Of a stretch of DNA of 27,857 nucleotides, positions 9,315-18,811 are shown in pieces (position 1 is the stretch's first letter; the number at the start of each line of letters is the position of its first letter). A model generated the notes under the pieces. That model did no database searches. It saw only the letters and a program-made list of their open reading frames with translations, and was not told the DNA's origin. The translations under genes and the position numbers were made by a program. Origin of the DNA: Piscirickettsiaceae bacterium (GTDB lineage Bacteria; Pseudomonadota; Gammaproteobacteria; PS1; Pseudothioglobaceae); contig DTVJ01000074.1 of assembly GCA_012963565.1 (NCBI GenBank), positions 1 to 27,857 on the forward strand, given 5' to 3'.

Positions 9315-10058
9315 TTATAGGTTCTTATAAAAAGCCTTTACAAAATATAAGCCCTGTGGCTCAGCCGTAGCACCAGCTTGTTTACGTTGTTTAGAGTCTA
9401 GTACTTCCTTGACCCATTCGACCTTCCGTTCTCCTCTACCTACCTTAAGTAGCGTGCCTATAATATTACGTACCATGTGATGCAAGAACGCATTGGCTTT
9501 AATATCTAATAAGATTTCATTGCCACCTTGAGTGAGGCTGATGTGTTCAATGGTTTTAATTGGAGATTTGGCCTGGCAAAGGCTACCACGAAAAGCTGAA
9601 AAATCATGTTCACCCAATAGGTATTCAGCAGCTTTGTTCATTGCACCCACATCTAGCGCTCTTGGCTCCCATAATGACTGAGCAGCCACCAGTGCAGAGC
9701 GTACTGGCGTATTATGGATTTTGTAATGATATTGCCTAGCATAAGCATCAAAGCGCGCATGAAAATCGTCATCAACTTGCTTTACCCATTTGAAATTAAC
9801 GTCATAAGGAAGGTTGACATTACCACCAAAAAGCCAGGCGTTATCTTCCCGCTTGACTTCAGTTTCAAAGTGAATGACTTGTTCAATGGCATGGACACCA
9901 GCATCAGTTCTACCAGAGCAAAATACACGTACAGGGTGATCAGCTATGCTCGATATTGCTTCTTCAACCACTTGTTGAACGGTGCGAATACCCGATTTTT
10001 GTAGTTGCCAACCGTGAAAGTCTGTACCTAAGTACTCAACACCCAATGCAAATTTCAT
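9315..10058 (-). CDS. truA: tRNA pseudouridine(38-40) synthase
   Basis: EYLGTDFHGWQ, SGRTDAGVHA (catalytic Asp), ANAFLHHMVRNIIG, AEPQGLYF. Confidence 0.98.
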   Translation of the reverse strand: MKFALGVEYLGTDFHGWQLQKSGIRTVQQVVEEAISSIADHPVRVFCSGRTDAGVHAIEQVIHFETEVKREDNAWLFGGNVNLPYDVNFKWVKQVDDDFHARFDAYARQYHYKIHNTPVRSALVAAQSLWEPRALDVGAMNKAAEYLLGEHDFSAFRGSLCQAKSPIKTIEHISLTQGGNEILLDIKANAFLHHMVRNIIGTLLKVGRGERKVEWVKEVLDSKQRKQAGATAEPQGLYFVKAFYKNL

Positions 10059-10115
10059 AAATGTTTAAATAATGTAAAATCAATTTAACTATTTTATACG
10101 CTTGAAACACACACC

Positions 10116-10472
10116 ATGAAAAATGAAGCAAAAGGATTGGGCAGAATCATCAATGCATTTAAATTTTCTATGCAGGGGTTAAAATCATGCTATCAATCAG
10201 AAGCCGCTTTTAGACAAGAGGTTTGGCTAAGTGTTGTACTGATTCCTTTGGTCTTTTGGCTAAGTGATTCAGCCATTGACCGAGTGTTGTTAATAACACC
10301 TATCTTTATTGTCCTGATTGTTGAAGTTCTAAATTCAGCCATTGAATCGGTTGTTGATCGTATAGGTCATGAACATCATGTACTATCGGGTGCTGCAAAA
10401 GACATGGGTTCTGCCGCCGTATGGTTATCTTTAATGTTATTTATTGTCACGTGGTTGATTATTCTACTTTAG
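10116..10472 (+). CDS. dgkA: Diacylglycerol kinase
   Basis: EAAFRQE, LIVEVLNSAIESVVDRIG, AAKDMGSAAV; 118-aa three-helix membrane kinase. Confidence 0.97.
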   Translation: MKNEAKGLGRIINAFKFSMQGLKSCYQSEAAFRQEVWLSVVLIPLVFWLSDSAIDRVLLITPIFIVLIVEVLNSAIESVVDRIGHEHHVLSGAAKDMGSAAVWLSLMLFIVTWLIILL

Positions 10473-11206
10473 GCAAACGATTACCTAATAACGTTGAGTG
10501 CTTTGTTTTAGAATCTACAACCAGTACTAACGATTATTTAATTAATCTGCCTTTTTCTAACAACATTCAAATCTGTATTGCCAGAGAACAAACTGCTGGC
10601 AAAGGCCAATATCAACGCCAGTGGTTGAGCAAAAAAGATAGTAGCGTATTGTTATCACTACGCCGACCATTTCATGTGGATATCATATTAAATGGCCTAA
10701 GTTTAGTGGTTGGCCTGGCAGTGATTGACGTGCTGGTGAGTGATTATCATGTTGATCACCTTAAACTTAAGTGGCCCAACGATGTGTATTTCAAAAATCA
10801 GAAACTTGCCGGTATTCTGATTGAAAATAGTGTGAAAAATAACACACAATCTGTAGTGATTGGTCTTGGTTTGAATCATAACTTAGATGCAGACCTAGAC
10901 TGTGATACACCATGGACTGATTTATCAAAAATATTAACAAACCTCCCTCAGCTTGTAGATCTGCAAGAAAAATTGATTAATAACTTGCTGAAGTATTGCC
11001 AATTATTTGAGCAACAGGGCCTCGATGCTTTTCAAGCGCAGTGGCATAAGCATGATTATTTGCTTGGTAGGCAGCTTGAGCTTGATTACCAAGATAAGAA
11101 AACCATTGGCGTTGCCAAAGGCATTAACGATCAAGGTGCATTATTAATCGAGTCAGACAATACAATGATTGAAGCTTATAGCTCCGAACAAATTCGTTTA
11201 ATTTAG
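10451..11206 (+). CDS. birA: Biotin-[acetyl-CoA carboxylase] ligase without HTH repressor domain (start probably GTG 10451; ORF track gives 10421)
   Basis: STTSTNDYL, EQTAGKG, LKLKWPNDVY, KLAGILIE, VIGLGLN, GINDQGALLI; no N-terminal winged helix. Confidence 0.93.
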   Translation: MVDYSTLGKRLPNNVECFVLESTTSTNDYLINLPFSNNIQICIAREQTAGKGQYQRQWLSKKDSSVLLSLRRPFHVDIILNGLSLVVGLAVIDVLVSDYHVDHLKLKWPNDVYFKNQKLAGILIENSVKNNTQSVVIGLGLNHNLDADLDCDTPWTDLSKILTNLPQLVDLQEKLINNLLKYCQLFEQQGLDAFQAQWHKHDYLLGRQLELDYQDKKTIGVAKGINDQGALLIESDNTMIEAYSSEQIRLI

Positions 11207-11244
11207 GGTAAGATTAAACACTCAAAATAACGCCCAGTTAATAT

Positions 11245-11979
11245 ATGCAAGAAAACACCTTAACCGTTCAAAACATTCGTAAAAAATACGCTCGACGTGA
11301 AGTAGTGAGCGATGTTTCTTTTGAAGTTAAGGGTGGAGAAATTGTTGGTTTATTAGGTCCAAATGGCGCTGGTAAAACTACTTGTTTTTATATTGCTTGT
11401 GGCTTGGTTAGGGCTGATAAAGGCCAAGTATTTATTGATCATCATAAAGTGAGCAAGTTACCCATGCATGAACGTGCCAAGCTTGGTTTAGGCTATCTGC
11501 CACAAGAGCCTTCTATTTTTAGAAAACTTTCAGTTGAAGATAACATTATGGCAGTCTTAGAACTCAATTCAGAGTTTGATAAAAAACAAAGAAAACATCG
11601 ATTAGAAGAATTATTGGCAGAATTCAACATTGAGCATATTCGTCATATTGATGGCTTGAGCCTCTCCGGCGGTGAAAGAAGAAGGGTGGAAATCGCTAGA
11701 GCTTTAGCTATGAATCCAAAATTTGTTTTATTGGATGAGCCTTTTGCCGGTGTCGATCCAATTTCAGTGGGCGATATTCAGCAAATTATTTATCATTTAA
11801 GAGACAAAGGTATCGGTGTACTGATTACCGATCACAATTATCGAGAAATGTTAGATACTTGCGATCATTCATATGTACTGCATAATGGGAAAATTATTGC
11901 CAAAGGTAACAAAGAAGAAATCTTATCTCACGAGGAAGTTAAAAAAGTCTACCTAGGCGAATCAAGCAGTGAGTACTGA
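11245..11979 (+). CDS. lptB: LPS export ABC transporter ATP-binding protein
   Basis: [63 protein letters not shown]. Confidence 0.97.
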   Translation: MQENTLTVQNIRKKYARREVVSDVSFEVKGGEIVGLLGPNGAGKTTCFYIACGLVRADKGQVFIDHHKVSKLPMHERAKLGLGYLPQEPSIFRKLSVEDNIMAVLELNSEFDKKQRKHRLEELLAEFNIEHIRHIDGLSLSGGERRRVEIARALAMNPKFVLLDEPFAGVDPISVGDIQQIIYHLRDKGIGVLITDHNYREMLDTCDHSYVLHNGKIIAKGNKEEILSHEEVKKVYLGESSSEY

Positions 11980-12991
11980 CGCATTTATCACACTAGGCAT
12001 TGAAAGCTCTTGTGATGAAACTGGCATTGGCCTATATTCATCAGATCGAGGCTTAATCGCTCATCAACTTTTTTCCCAGGTAGAGATGCATGCTGAGTAT
12101 GGCGGTGTGGTGCCAGAGTTGGCCTCACGAGACCATATTCAACGAGTCATTCCTTTGATTAAGGCAGTGTTGTCTGAGTCTGGTCTTAAACTCAGTGATA
12201 TTAGTGGTATTGCTTATACTGCAGGCCCAGGCTTGGCGGGCGCGCTCTTAGTAGGCTCATCCATTGCCAAAAGTCTGGCTTGGAGTTTAAACATTCCCGC
12301 GTTAGCGGTACATCATATGGAAGGTCATTTATTGGCACCATTGTTAGAAGAAACTCAACCAGAATTTCCATTCGTAGCACTCTTAGTTTCTGGTGGGCAT
12401 ACCATGCTGGTGGATGTGAAGGGTATTGGCGAATATCAGATTCTTGGCGAGTCTTTGGATGATGCCGTGGGTGAAGCCTTCGATAAAACCGCCAAGATCC
12501 TAGGCTTGGGTTATCCAGGTGGGCCTGCATTAGCCGCTTTGGCTGAACAAGGGGATGAAACTCAATTTAAGTTTCCAAGACCAATGATTGATCGACCAGG
12601 GTTAGATTTTAGTTTTAGCGGTTTAAAAACCTTTGCTCGTAATACCTTTGCTAAACATCCAGATCAAAAAGCCGACATTGCTAAAGCTTTTGAAGTAGCT
12701 GCCACACAAACATTGATGATTAAGTGCAGGCGGGCACTAGAACAAACCCATTATTCAACTTTGGTGGTTGCAGGTGGTGTCAGTGCCAATCAATCATTGC
12801 GTCAAATACTTGACCAAATGGGAAAGAAGTTAAACGTTGAAGTCTTTTATCCAGGGCAAGAATTTTGCACAGATAATGGTGCTATGATTGCTTTAGCGGG
12901 ACACTTAAGATTAACCAAAGGGCAAGTATCTGTTGGCAATGAAATCGTTATTAAGCCAAGATGGAGCTTGGAAGAGTTAGAAGCAGTATGA
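11969..12991 (+). CDS. tsaD: tRNA N6-adenosine threonylcarbamoyltransferase (GTG start, 11-nt overlap with lptB)
   Basis: [56 protein letters not shown]. Confidence 0.98.
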   Translation: MSTDAFITLGIESSCDETGIGLYSSDRGLIAHQLFSQVEMHAEYGGVVPELASRDHIQRVIPLIKAVLSESGLKLSDISGIAYTAGPGLAGALLVGSSIAKSLAWSLNIPALAVHHMEGHLLAPLLEETQPEFPFVALLVSGGHTMLVDVKGIGEYQILGESLDDAVGEAFDKTAKILGLGYPGGPALAALAEQGDETQFKFPRPMIDRPGLDFSFSGLKTFARNTFAKHPDQKADIAKAFEVAATQTLMIKCRRALEQTHYSTLVVAGGVSANQSLRQILDQMGKKLNVEVFYPGQEFCTDNGAMIALAGHLRLTKGQVSVGNEIVIKPRWSLEELEAV

Positions 12992-12998
12992 GCTTGTG

Positions 12999-13053
12999 TG
13001 ATTACACTAACTTAGCGTCTCACTACATTAAGTAAAGCCGTTAGGTGTAATCA
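12999..13053. repeat. Intergenic inverted repeat (13-bp stem with one bulge, 28-nt loop)
   Basis: TGATTACAC-TAAC (12999-13011) pairs with GTTAGGTGTAATCA (13040-13053). TATAAT follows at 13061-13066. Confidence 0.6.
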
Positions 13054-13096
13054 TCTTGATTATAATACGCATACATATAAATGCATACAAAATAGA

Positions 13097-13828
13097 ATGG
13101 TTATTATTCCAGCAATTGATTTAAAAGATGGCCAGTGTGTACGCTTGAGACAGGGGTTAATGGAGGATACAACGGTATTTTCTGATAACCCAGTTGAGAT
13201 GGCTACGCAGTGGGTTGAACAAGGCGCAAGAAGATTACATTTGGTTGATCTTAACGGTGCTTTTGAGGGCAAGCCAATTAATGCCGATAGTGTGACTGAG
13301 ATTACCAAAGCATTCCCTAATTTACCAGTACAGATTGGTGGGGGTATTCGCAATATGGAGATTGCTAATACTTATGTTGAAGCCGGCATTAGTTATTTAA
13401 TCATTGGCACTATGGCAGTGACACACCCTGAGTTTGTCTCAGAGCTTTGTCGTGAGTTTCCTGGTAAAGTGATTGTGGGCTTGGACGCTAATAACGGCTT
13501 GGTAGCAACCGAAGGTTGGGCTAAGCAAACAGATTTACATGTGGTTGATTTATCTAAGAAATTTGAACAAGATGGCGTGAGCTCTATCGTTTATACCGAT
13601 ATTGCCAGAGATGGTATGATGCAAGGTGTAAATGTTGAAGCCACGGCTGATTTAGCCAAGCAAACATCCATTCCAATTATTGCCTCAGGCGGTATTACCA
13701 ATATTGACGATATTTCTAATCTATTGGTTGAAGCGCATCATGGCATCATGGGTGCGATTACTGGACGTGCTATTTATGAAGGTACACTCGATTTCCAACA
13801 AGCTCAACAATTGTGTGATGCTCATTGA
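13097..13828 (+). CDS. hisA: ProFAR isomerase (histidine biosynthesis)
   Basis: [57 protein letters not shown]. Confidence 0.98.
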   Translation: MVIIPAIDLKDGQCVRLRQGLMEDTTVFSDNPVEMATQWVEQGARRLHLVDLNGAFEGKPINADSVTEITKAFPNLPVQIGGGIRNMEIANTYVEAGISYLIIGTMAVTHPEFVSELCREFPGKVIVGLDANNGLVATEGWAKQTDLHVVDLSKKFEQDGVSSIVYTDIARDGMMQGVNVEATADLAKQTSIPIIASGGITNIDDISNLLVEAHHGIMGAITGRAIYEGTLDFQQAQQLCDAH

Positions 13829-14114
13829 AGTCGTTTACGCTTTGGAAAAAAAGCAAACCCTATTGAGTTTAGAAGTTCAACAGGGCACCACACTTAAACA
13901 AGCCATTGAGCTGTCAGGCATCTTAGATACTTACCCTCAAATCGATTTATTAAAGGATAAAACCGGAATTTTTGGCAAAATTGCCAAATTGGATGCCATT
14001 TTACGTGAGAAAGATCGTGTAGAAATCTATCGACCACTGATTGCCGACCCTAAGCAAGTGCGCAAAGATCGTGCTGCAAAAGGAAAAACCATGCGAAGTA
14101 GTAAAAAAACCTGA
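13818..14114 (+). CDS. rnfH: RnfH/RatB(PasI)-family ubiquitin-like protein; real start at ATG 13818
   Basis: MLIEVVYA..., [35 protein letters not shown]. The ORF-track extension from 13680 lies inside hisA. Confidence 0.9.
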   Translation: MLIEVVYALEKKQTLLSLEVQQGTTLKQAIELSGILDTYPQIDLLKDKTGIFGKIAKLDAILREKDRVEIYRPLIADPKQVRKDRAAKGKTMRSSKKT

Positions 14115-14118
14115 ATGT

Positions 14119-14127
14119 TGGTACAAT
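14119..14127 (+). promoter_or_regulatory. Extended -10 promoter upstream of corC
   Basis: TGgTACAAT, 27 nt upstream of ATG 14155. Confidence 0.5.
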
Positions 14128-14154
14128 AGCGCCCTAGTATTTATTTTTTATTAA

Positions 14155-15003
14155 ATGAACGAAGAACAACCTCCGTCGACATTGTCTTTCTTACAAAGAC
14201 TAAAAAAACAATTTTTTCACAGTCCATTACACTCTAATGATGAACTTCTGCAGGCGTTAAAAGAGGCTGAAGAAAGTCATATTATTGATTCACACTCTCG
14301 ATCAATTATTGAGGGCACCATGCAGCTTGAGAGTTTGGAAGTACGCGATGTGATGGTGCCGAAATCAAAAATGGTATGGGTTAAGCGTACCACGTCAACT
14401 AAAGATTTACTTGCAGTGATGGTCAAATCCGCACACTCTCGATTTCCGGTGATGAACTCACATGAAGATAAAGTACAAGGCGTTATTTTGGCGAAAGATT
14501 TATTGAGTCATTTGGCCAACGATCAACAAAAAGAGTTTAGTTATAAAGAATATTTACGTCCTGCTATTTTAGTACCTGAAAGCAAAACTTTAGGTGCATT
14601 GCTCCGAGATTTCCAACAGAAACACTCACACATGGCAATTGTAATGGATGAATATGGTGAGATTGCAGGCTTAGTTACACTCGAGGATGTCTTAGAACAA
14701 ATCGTGGGCGAGATTGAAGATGAGCACGATTTTGAAGAAGATAATATTATTGATTTTGGCGATGGGCGTTATTTACTCAAAGCCAATACGCCATTAGAAG
14801 AATTTAATGAATTTTTTCAAGTGTCTTTAGATGTTAGTGATGTTGATACCGTAGCTGGTTTTGTGATTGCTAGCTTTACTTATCTACCAGAACAGATGAG
14901 CGAGATAGATATACAAGGGTTTCACTTCAAAGTTTTAAAGACCGATTCTCGAAGGTTGCATTTACTAGAAGTTACCAAAACCAATACTGCTGATTCTAAA
15001 TAA
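14155..15003 (+). CDS. corC: CBS-domain/CorC-HlyC Mg2+/Co2+ transport-associated protein
   Basis: VRDVMVP, SAHSRFPV, AILVPESK, HMAIVMDEYG, GLVTLEDVLEQIVGEIEDEHD; C-terminal CorC_HlyC domain. Confidence 0.92.
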   Translation: MNEEQPPSTLSFLQRLKKQFFHSPLHSNDELLQALKEAEESHIIDSHSRSIIEGTMQLESLEVRDVMVPKSKMVWVKRTTSTKDLLAVMVKSAHSRFPVMNSHEDKVQGVILAKDLLSHLANDQQKEFSYKEYLRPAILVPESKTLGALLRDFQQKHSHMAIVMDEYGEIAGLVTLEDVLEQIVGEIEDEHDFEEDNIIDFGDGRYLLKANTPLEEFNEFFQVSLDVSDVDTVAGFVIASFTYLPEQMSEIDIQGFHFKVLKTDSRRLHLLEVTKTNTADSK

Positions 15004-15005
15004 TA

Positions 15006-15755
15006 ATGGATACTTTGACCATTATTTTTTTAATGGGCTTGTTAGGCAGTGTTCATTGTCTAGGAATGTGTGGTGGCGTGGTCGGGTTATTAACCTCAGC
15101 TTTGCCAGAGGATCTTCGATCTAATTCAAAGCAAGCTTCACTTTATCATCTGAATTACAATACAGGTCGAATCCTCAGTTACATATTAATGGGCGCCTTA
15201 TTCGGTCTGGCCGGCGAGCTACTTTCAGGCATGTTGAAGATGAGCATACTAGATCATATACTTAGAGTTTTTTCAGGAGTTTTGATGATACTGGTGGGTT
15301 TATACATTGCCAATTGGTATGCCGGCATACAAGTATTAGAAAAAATTGGCGCTAAACTCTGGGCAAAGTTACAACCAATTAGTCGTAAATTTCTGCCCGT
15401 CACTAGTTTGAAAAATGCCTTTTTAGTCGGACTCTTTTGGGGTGGTATCCCTTGTGGTTTGGTCTATAGTGCACTGAGCTTTGCCGCATTATCTGGCTCT
15501 GCTATCCAAGGTGGACTCATTATGTTGGCTTTTGGTTTAGGTACATTGCCAAGTTTATTATTAATGGCAGGTTTTTCCTCAACACTCAGTCAAGCTATTA
15601 AGAAACCGATGGTGAGAAGGTTCTCTGGCGCATTGATTATTATTTTAGGCGTATGGGCATTGTTAACACCCGTAAAATCACTAGTATCAGATCGTCAATA
15701 CTTACATCAGTCTATTCAATTTCCACAGCCAACTGATTTGGATTACTTAGTATAA
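15006..15755 (+). CDS. DsbD_2/UreH-like ('sulfite exporter TauE/SafE family') membrane protein
   Basis: GLLGSVHCLGMCGG, YNTGRILSY, WGGIPCGLVYSAL, MLAFGLGTLP; six or seven hydrophobic segments. Confidence 0.85.
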   Translation: MDTLTIIFLMGLLGSVHCLGMCGGVVGLLTSALPEDLRSNSKQASLYHLNYNTGRILSYILMGALFGLAGELLSGMLKMSILDHILRVFSGVLMILVGLYIANWYAGIQVLEKIGAKLWAKLQPISRKFLPVTSLKNAFLVGLFWGGIPCGLVYSALSFAALSGSAIQGGLIMLAFGLGTLPSLLLMAGFSSTLSQAIKKPMVRRFSGALIIILGVWALLTPVKSLVSDRQYLHQSIQFPQPTDLDYLV

Positions 15756-15763
15756 TTTCAACC

Positions 15764-17080
15764 ATGTCATCATTAGAAAAAACTGCACAACTGGCCATTG
15801 AACTATTAAAGCAATACAATGTGAGTGATTATGAGATATCACTTGGGTCAAGTTCTGGTGTTTCTACAGCGATTAGATTGGGAGAGGTAGAAACTTTACA
15901 ATATCATTTAGATAAAAGCTTCGATGTTAATGTTTATATCGGTCAAAAGAAAGGCCATGCTTCTAGTGTCGATCTAAGTAAAGATAGCCTAAATAAAACT
16001 ATTGAATCTGCATGCCTAATTGCAAAATACACACAAGAAGATCCTTTTAACGGCCTGGCACCAAAAGAATTAATGGCCTTTGATGTGCCTGACCTGGATC
16101 TTTACCACCCATGGGATTTAGATGCACAGCACAGTATTGATCTGGCCAAACAATGCGAGGCGATTGCTTTGGAGCAAAGTGAGATAGATAATTCTGAAGG
16201 CGCAGAAGTATCTAGTTTTCAAGGTAAGGGTTTATATGCTAATTCTAATGGCTTGATTGCTATGCAAAATAGTACCCGACACTCTTTAAATTGTTCGTTA
16301 ATCGCCAAACGCGATAATGACATGCAAACTGCATACGAATACACCACAGCGCTTGATGCAAATGACTTAGAAACCCCTGAACAGGTTGGTGTGAAAGCTG
16401 CCATGTTGGCACAGCAAAAACTCGGTGCTCAATCATTGTCTTCGCAAAAATGTCCAGTTATTTTTACACCGCGCTTATCCAGTGGTATTTTTTCACAATT
16501 ATTAGGCGCTTTGGGTGGGTCTAGACAATACACAAAGTCTACATTTTTACTCGACAGTATTGAACAGATTGTTTTGCCAGAAAATATCAGTTTGCTCGAG
16601 CGTCCATTTGCCAAAAAGACACTTGGTGCTAAAGCTTTTGATCGTGATGGTGTATTAAAGCGAGAGCAGTACTTTATACGAGATGGCCGTGTTTGCAGTT
16701 ATGTGATGGGACAATATTCTGCCAATCAACTCGGCTTAAAAACCACAGCCAATTCGGGCGGTACCAGCAATGTGATTGTTGAATCTAATTTTGATGGTGG
16801 TCTGGATGCAATGATTAAAACCATGGATAAGGGCTTGGTGGTCACTGAGATGATGGGCCAGGGTGTGAATAGCACAACAGGCGATTATTCTCGTGGCGCA
16901 TTAGGGTTTTGGGTAGAAAGTGGCAAAATTCAATACCCAGTGTCTGGCATAACCATTGCCGGTAATTTAAAAGACATGCTCCTAGGTGTGGTTTACGTGG
17001 GCACCGATATTGATGTTCGCAGTAACATGAAAGTAGGTTCAGTATTGATTAATCAAATGACTATTGCGGGAGAATCGTAA
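15764..17080 (+). CDS. pmbA: Metalloprotease PmbA (TldE)
   Basis: IRLGEVETL, FDRDGV, GLVVTEMMGQGVN, TGDYSRGALGFWVESG, YPVSGITIAGNLKDML. Confidence 0.93.
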   Translation: MSSLEKTAQLAIELLKQYNVSDYEISLGSSSGVSTAIRLGEVETLQYHLDKSFDVNVYIGQKKGHASSVDLSKDSLNKTIESACLIAKYTQEDPFNGLAPKELMAFDVPDLDLYHPWDLDAQHSIDLAKQCEAIALEQSEIDNSEGAEVSSFQGKGLYANSNGLIAMQNSTRHSLNCSLIAKRDNDMQTAYEYTTALDANDLETPEQVGVKAAMLAQQKLGAQSLSSQKCPVIFTPRLSSGIFSQLLGALGGSRQYTKSTFLLDSIEQIVLPENISLLERPFAKKTLGAKAFDRDGVLKREQYFIRDGRVCSYVMGQYSANQLGLKTTANSGGTSNVIVESNFDGGLDAMIKTMDKGLVVTEMMGQGVNSTTGDYSRGALGFWVESGKIQYPVSGITIAGNLKDMLLGVVYVGTDIDVRSNMKVGSVLINQMTIAGES

Positions 17081-18234
17081 TGCAATATGATATTGTTATT
17101 GTTGGTGGTGGCATGGTGGGCCAAGCATTTGCGTTAAGCATGGTGCAAAAAAGTAATGCAACTATTGCTATTATCGAGCCCAACAACCCTAATCCAATAC
17201 TGGGCGATAAATTTCACACACGTGTAAGTGCTATCACGCCAACCTCAGAAGATTTTCTAAGAAAACTCGGCGTTTGGAGTTTGATTAAACGCAAGCATGC
17301 CTTCACTAATACCAAAGTATGGGATCAAAATTCACATGGTAACTTAAACTTCTGTGCTGCAGACGATGACCTAACGCATTTGGGGCATATAGTTGAAAAC
17401 GATGCGATTCAGTCTGCAATGTTCGAGGCACTGAGTGACACTAAGGTTAAATTTGTGACAGCGAAACTTGATAATATTGAAAAAAGGGATGAAGGGTATC
17501 AGCTTCAATTAGACGATGATGTGCAATTATCTTGTAGTTTATTAATTGGTGCAGATGGTGCTAGATCCCGTATTAGAGAATTATCACTAATCGAATTTAG
17601 TGAGACCAATTATCAGCAAAAAGCTATTATTTGTAATGTTCGCTCAGCTAATGGGTTTGAAGATACGACTTGGCAAAGGTTTCTATCAGACAGTATTATT
17701 GCTCTGTTACCTTTGAGTGATCATCAAGCTTCAATTGTTTGGTCGGCTGAAAATGCTTTGGCTGACGAACTTACTTCACTCTCAACGATAGACTTTGCCG
17801 ATCGACTCTCGGCCGGTGTAGAATATCGATTCGGCCGGTTTGAAGTGTTGAGTGCAGTGCAAGCCTTTCCACTAATTGAACGTAGTGCCAAAGAATACGT
17901 TAAAGAAAATCTAGCACTGATTGGTGATGCTGCGCACAATATTCATCCACTCGCAGGTCAGGGAGTCAACCTAGGTTTTGCTGATGTTGAGGAATTATCT
18001 AAGCAATTACAGGCTAGCAATAAGTCACTTGGTAACTACGGAGTTCTGCGTGCTTATGCTAGAGCACGTCGTTTAGATAATGAACTAATGGCAAAAACTA
18101 TGACTGGCCTCAACTGGATTTACAAAGAAAATAATGAGCCACTCAGATGGTTGCGTGGTTTTGGTATGAATCTAATCAATGACAATCCATCCCTCAAGTC
18201 ATTCTTTCAAAAACACGCTACTGGTAAATTCTAG
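17080..18234 (+). CDS. UbiH/UbiF/UbiI(VisC)-family FAD-dependent ubiquinone hydroxylase
   Basis: IVGGGMVG, RVSAI, LLIGADGARS, LIGDAAHNIHPLAGQGVNLGFAD. The paralog cannot be assigned by eye. Confidence 0.92.
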   Translation: MQYDIVIVGGGMVGQAFALSMVQKSNATIAIIEPNNPNPILGDKFHTRVSAITPTSEDFLRKLGVWSLIKRKHAFTNTKVWDQNSHGNLNFCAADDDLTHLGHIVENDAIQSAMFEALSDTKVKFVTAKLDNIEKRDEGYQLQLDDDVQLSCSLLIGADGARSRIRELSLIEFSETNYQQKAIICNVRSANGFEDTTWQRFLSDSIIALLPLSDHQASIVWSAENALADELTSLSTIDFADRLSAGVEYRFGRFEVLSAVQAFPLIERSAKEYVKENLALIGDAAHNIHPLAGQGVNLGFADVEELSKQLQASNKSLGNYGVLRAYARARRLDNELMAKTMTGLNWIYKENNEPLRWLRGFGMNLINDNPSLKSFFQKHATGKF

Positions 18235-18781
18235 TAGGCGTAATCACTGCGTCCATTGACACGTCCCAAGGTTGAACATACAGTTCATCTACCTTTTGAC
18301 AGTCGAAGGCTAATCCATAAAGTTTTGGATTTTTGTAATTTTGCAGTCGCTTCTTAAATTCAAGTGTTCGATCATAAAATCCACCACCCATACCAATACG
18401 GTTTTTATTTTGATCGAATCCAACCAATGGCATAAAGATAATATTCATTTGATTTGCATTCAAAATGTGTGAGGATATCGGTTCATTGATACCGAATTGA
18501 TTTTTCCTAAATTTTTTACCAACTTTTGCAAATTTAAGACTTTTACCGAATAATATAGGCAAATAGATACTAAAACCTCTATTTTCTAAGAAGTTTTTTA
18601 TATATTTTGTGTCAATTTCACCATCATTTGGTAAATAAATGGCAATTTTTTGCTTCTTTTGAAAATTTGATAATTTTTGCACTTGCGACAATAATTTTTT
18701 GGCAAATTTTTTCCTATTAGGCGTTGATATAGATTGCCTTTGTTTTCTAATGGATTGTCTTAATGCTTTCATAGTTTGCAT
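18218..18781 (-). CDS. ygfA: 5-formyltetrahydrofolate cyclo-ligase
   Basis: AIYLPNDGEIDT, NQFGINEP, MPLVGFD, RIGMGGGFYDR, QPWDVSMD; lies downstream of 6S RNA. Confidence 0.95.
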   Translation of the reverse strand: MQTMKALRQSIRKQRQSISTPNRKKFAKKLLSQVQKLSNFQKKQKIAIYLPNDGEIDTKYIKNFLENRGFSIYLPILFGKSLKFAKVGKKFRKNQFGINEPISSHILNANQMNIIFMPLVGFDQNKNRIGMGGGFYDRTLEFKKRLQNYKNPKLYGLAFDCQKVDELYVQPWDVSMDAVITPTRIYQ

Positions 18782-18811
18782 TATAAACTCTAGAATTAAG
18801 ACTAAGATAAA

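Noticed and set aside
12988-13060. Classical his attenuator upstream of hisA
   Set aside because: The mini-ORF has only one His codon, there is no U-tract terminator, and hisA is not the first gene of a his operon here.
13680-13817. N-terminal extensions given by the ORF track for rnfH (also birA 10421, hypothetical 21082, lyase 5629, sulP-2 7509)
   Set aside because: The extensions overlap upstream genes or predicted promoters, and family homology or SD sites begin at the downstream starts.
15660-15755. Possible frameshift at the C-terminus of the DsbD_2 protein (atypical polar tail)
   Set aside because: The frame is continuous and ends 8 nt before pmbA, and I saw no better alternative frame or slippery site; tails in this family vary.
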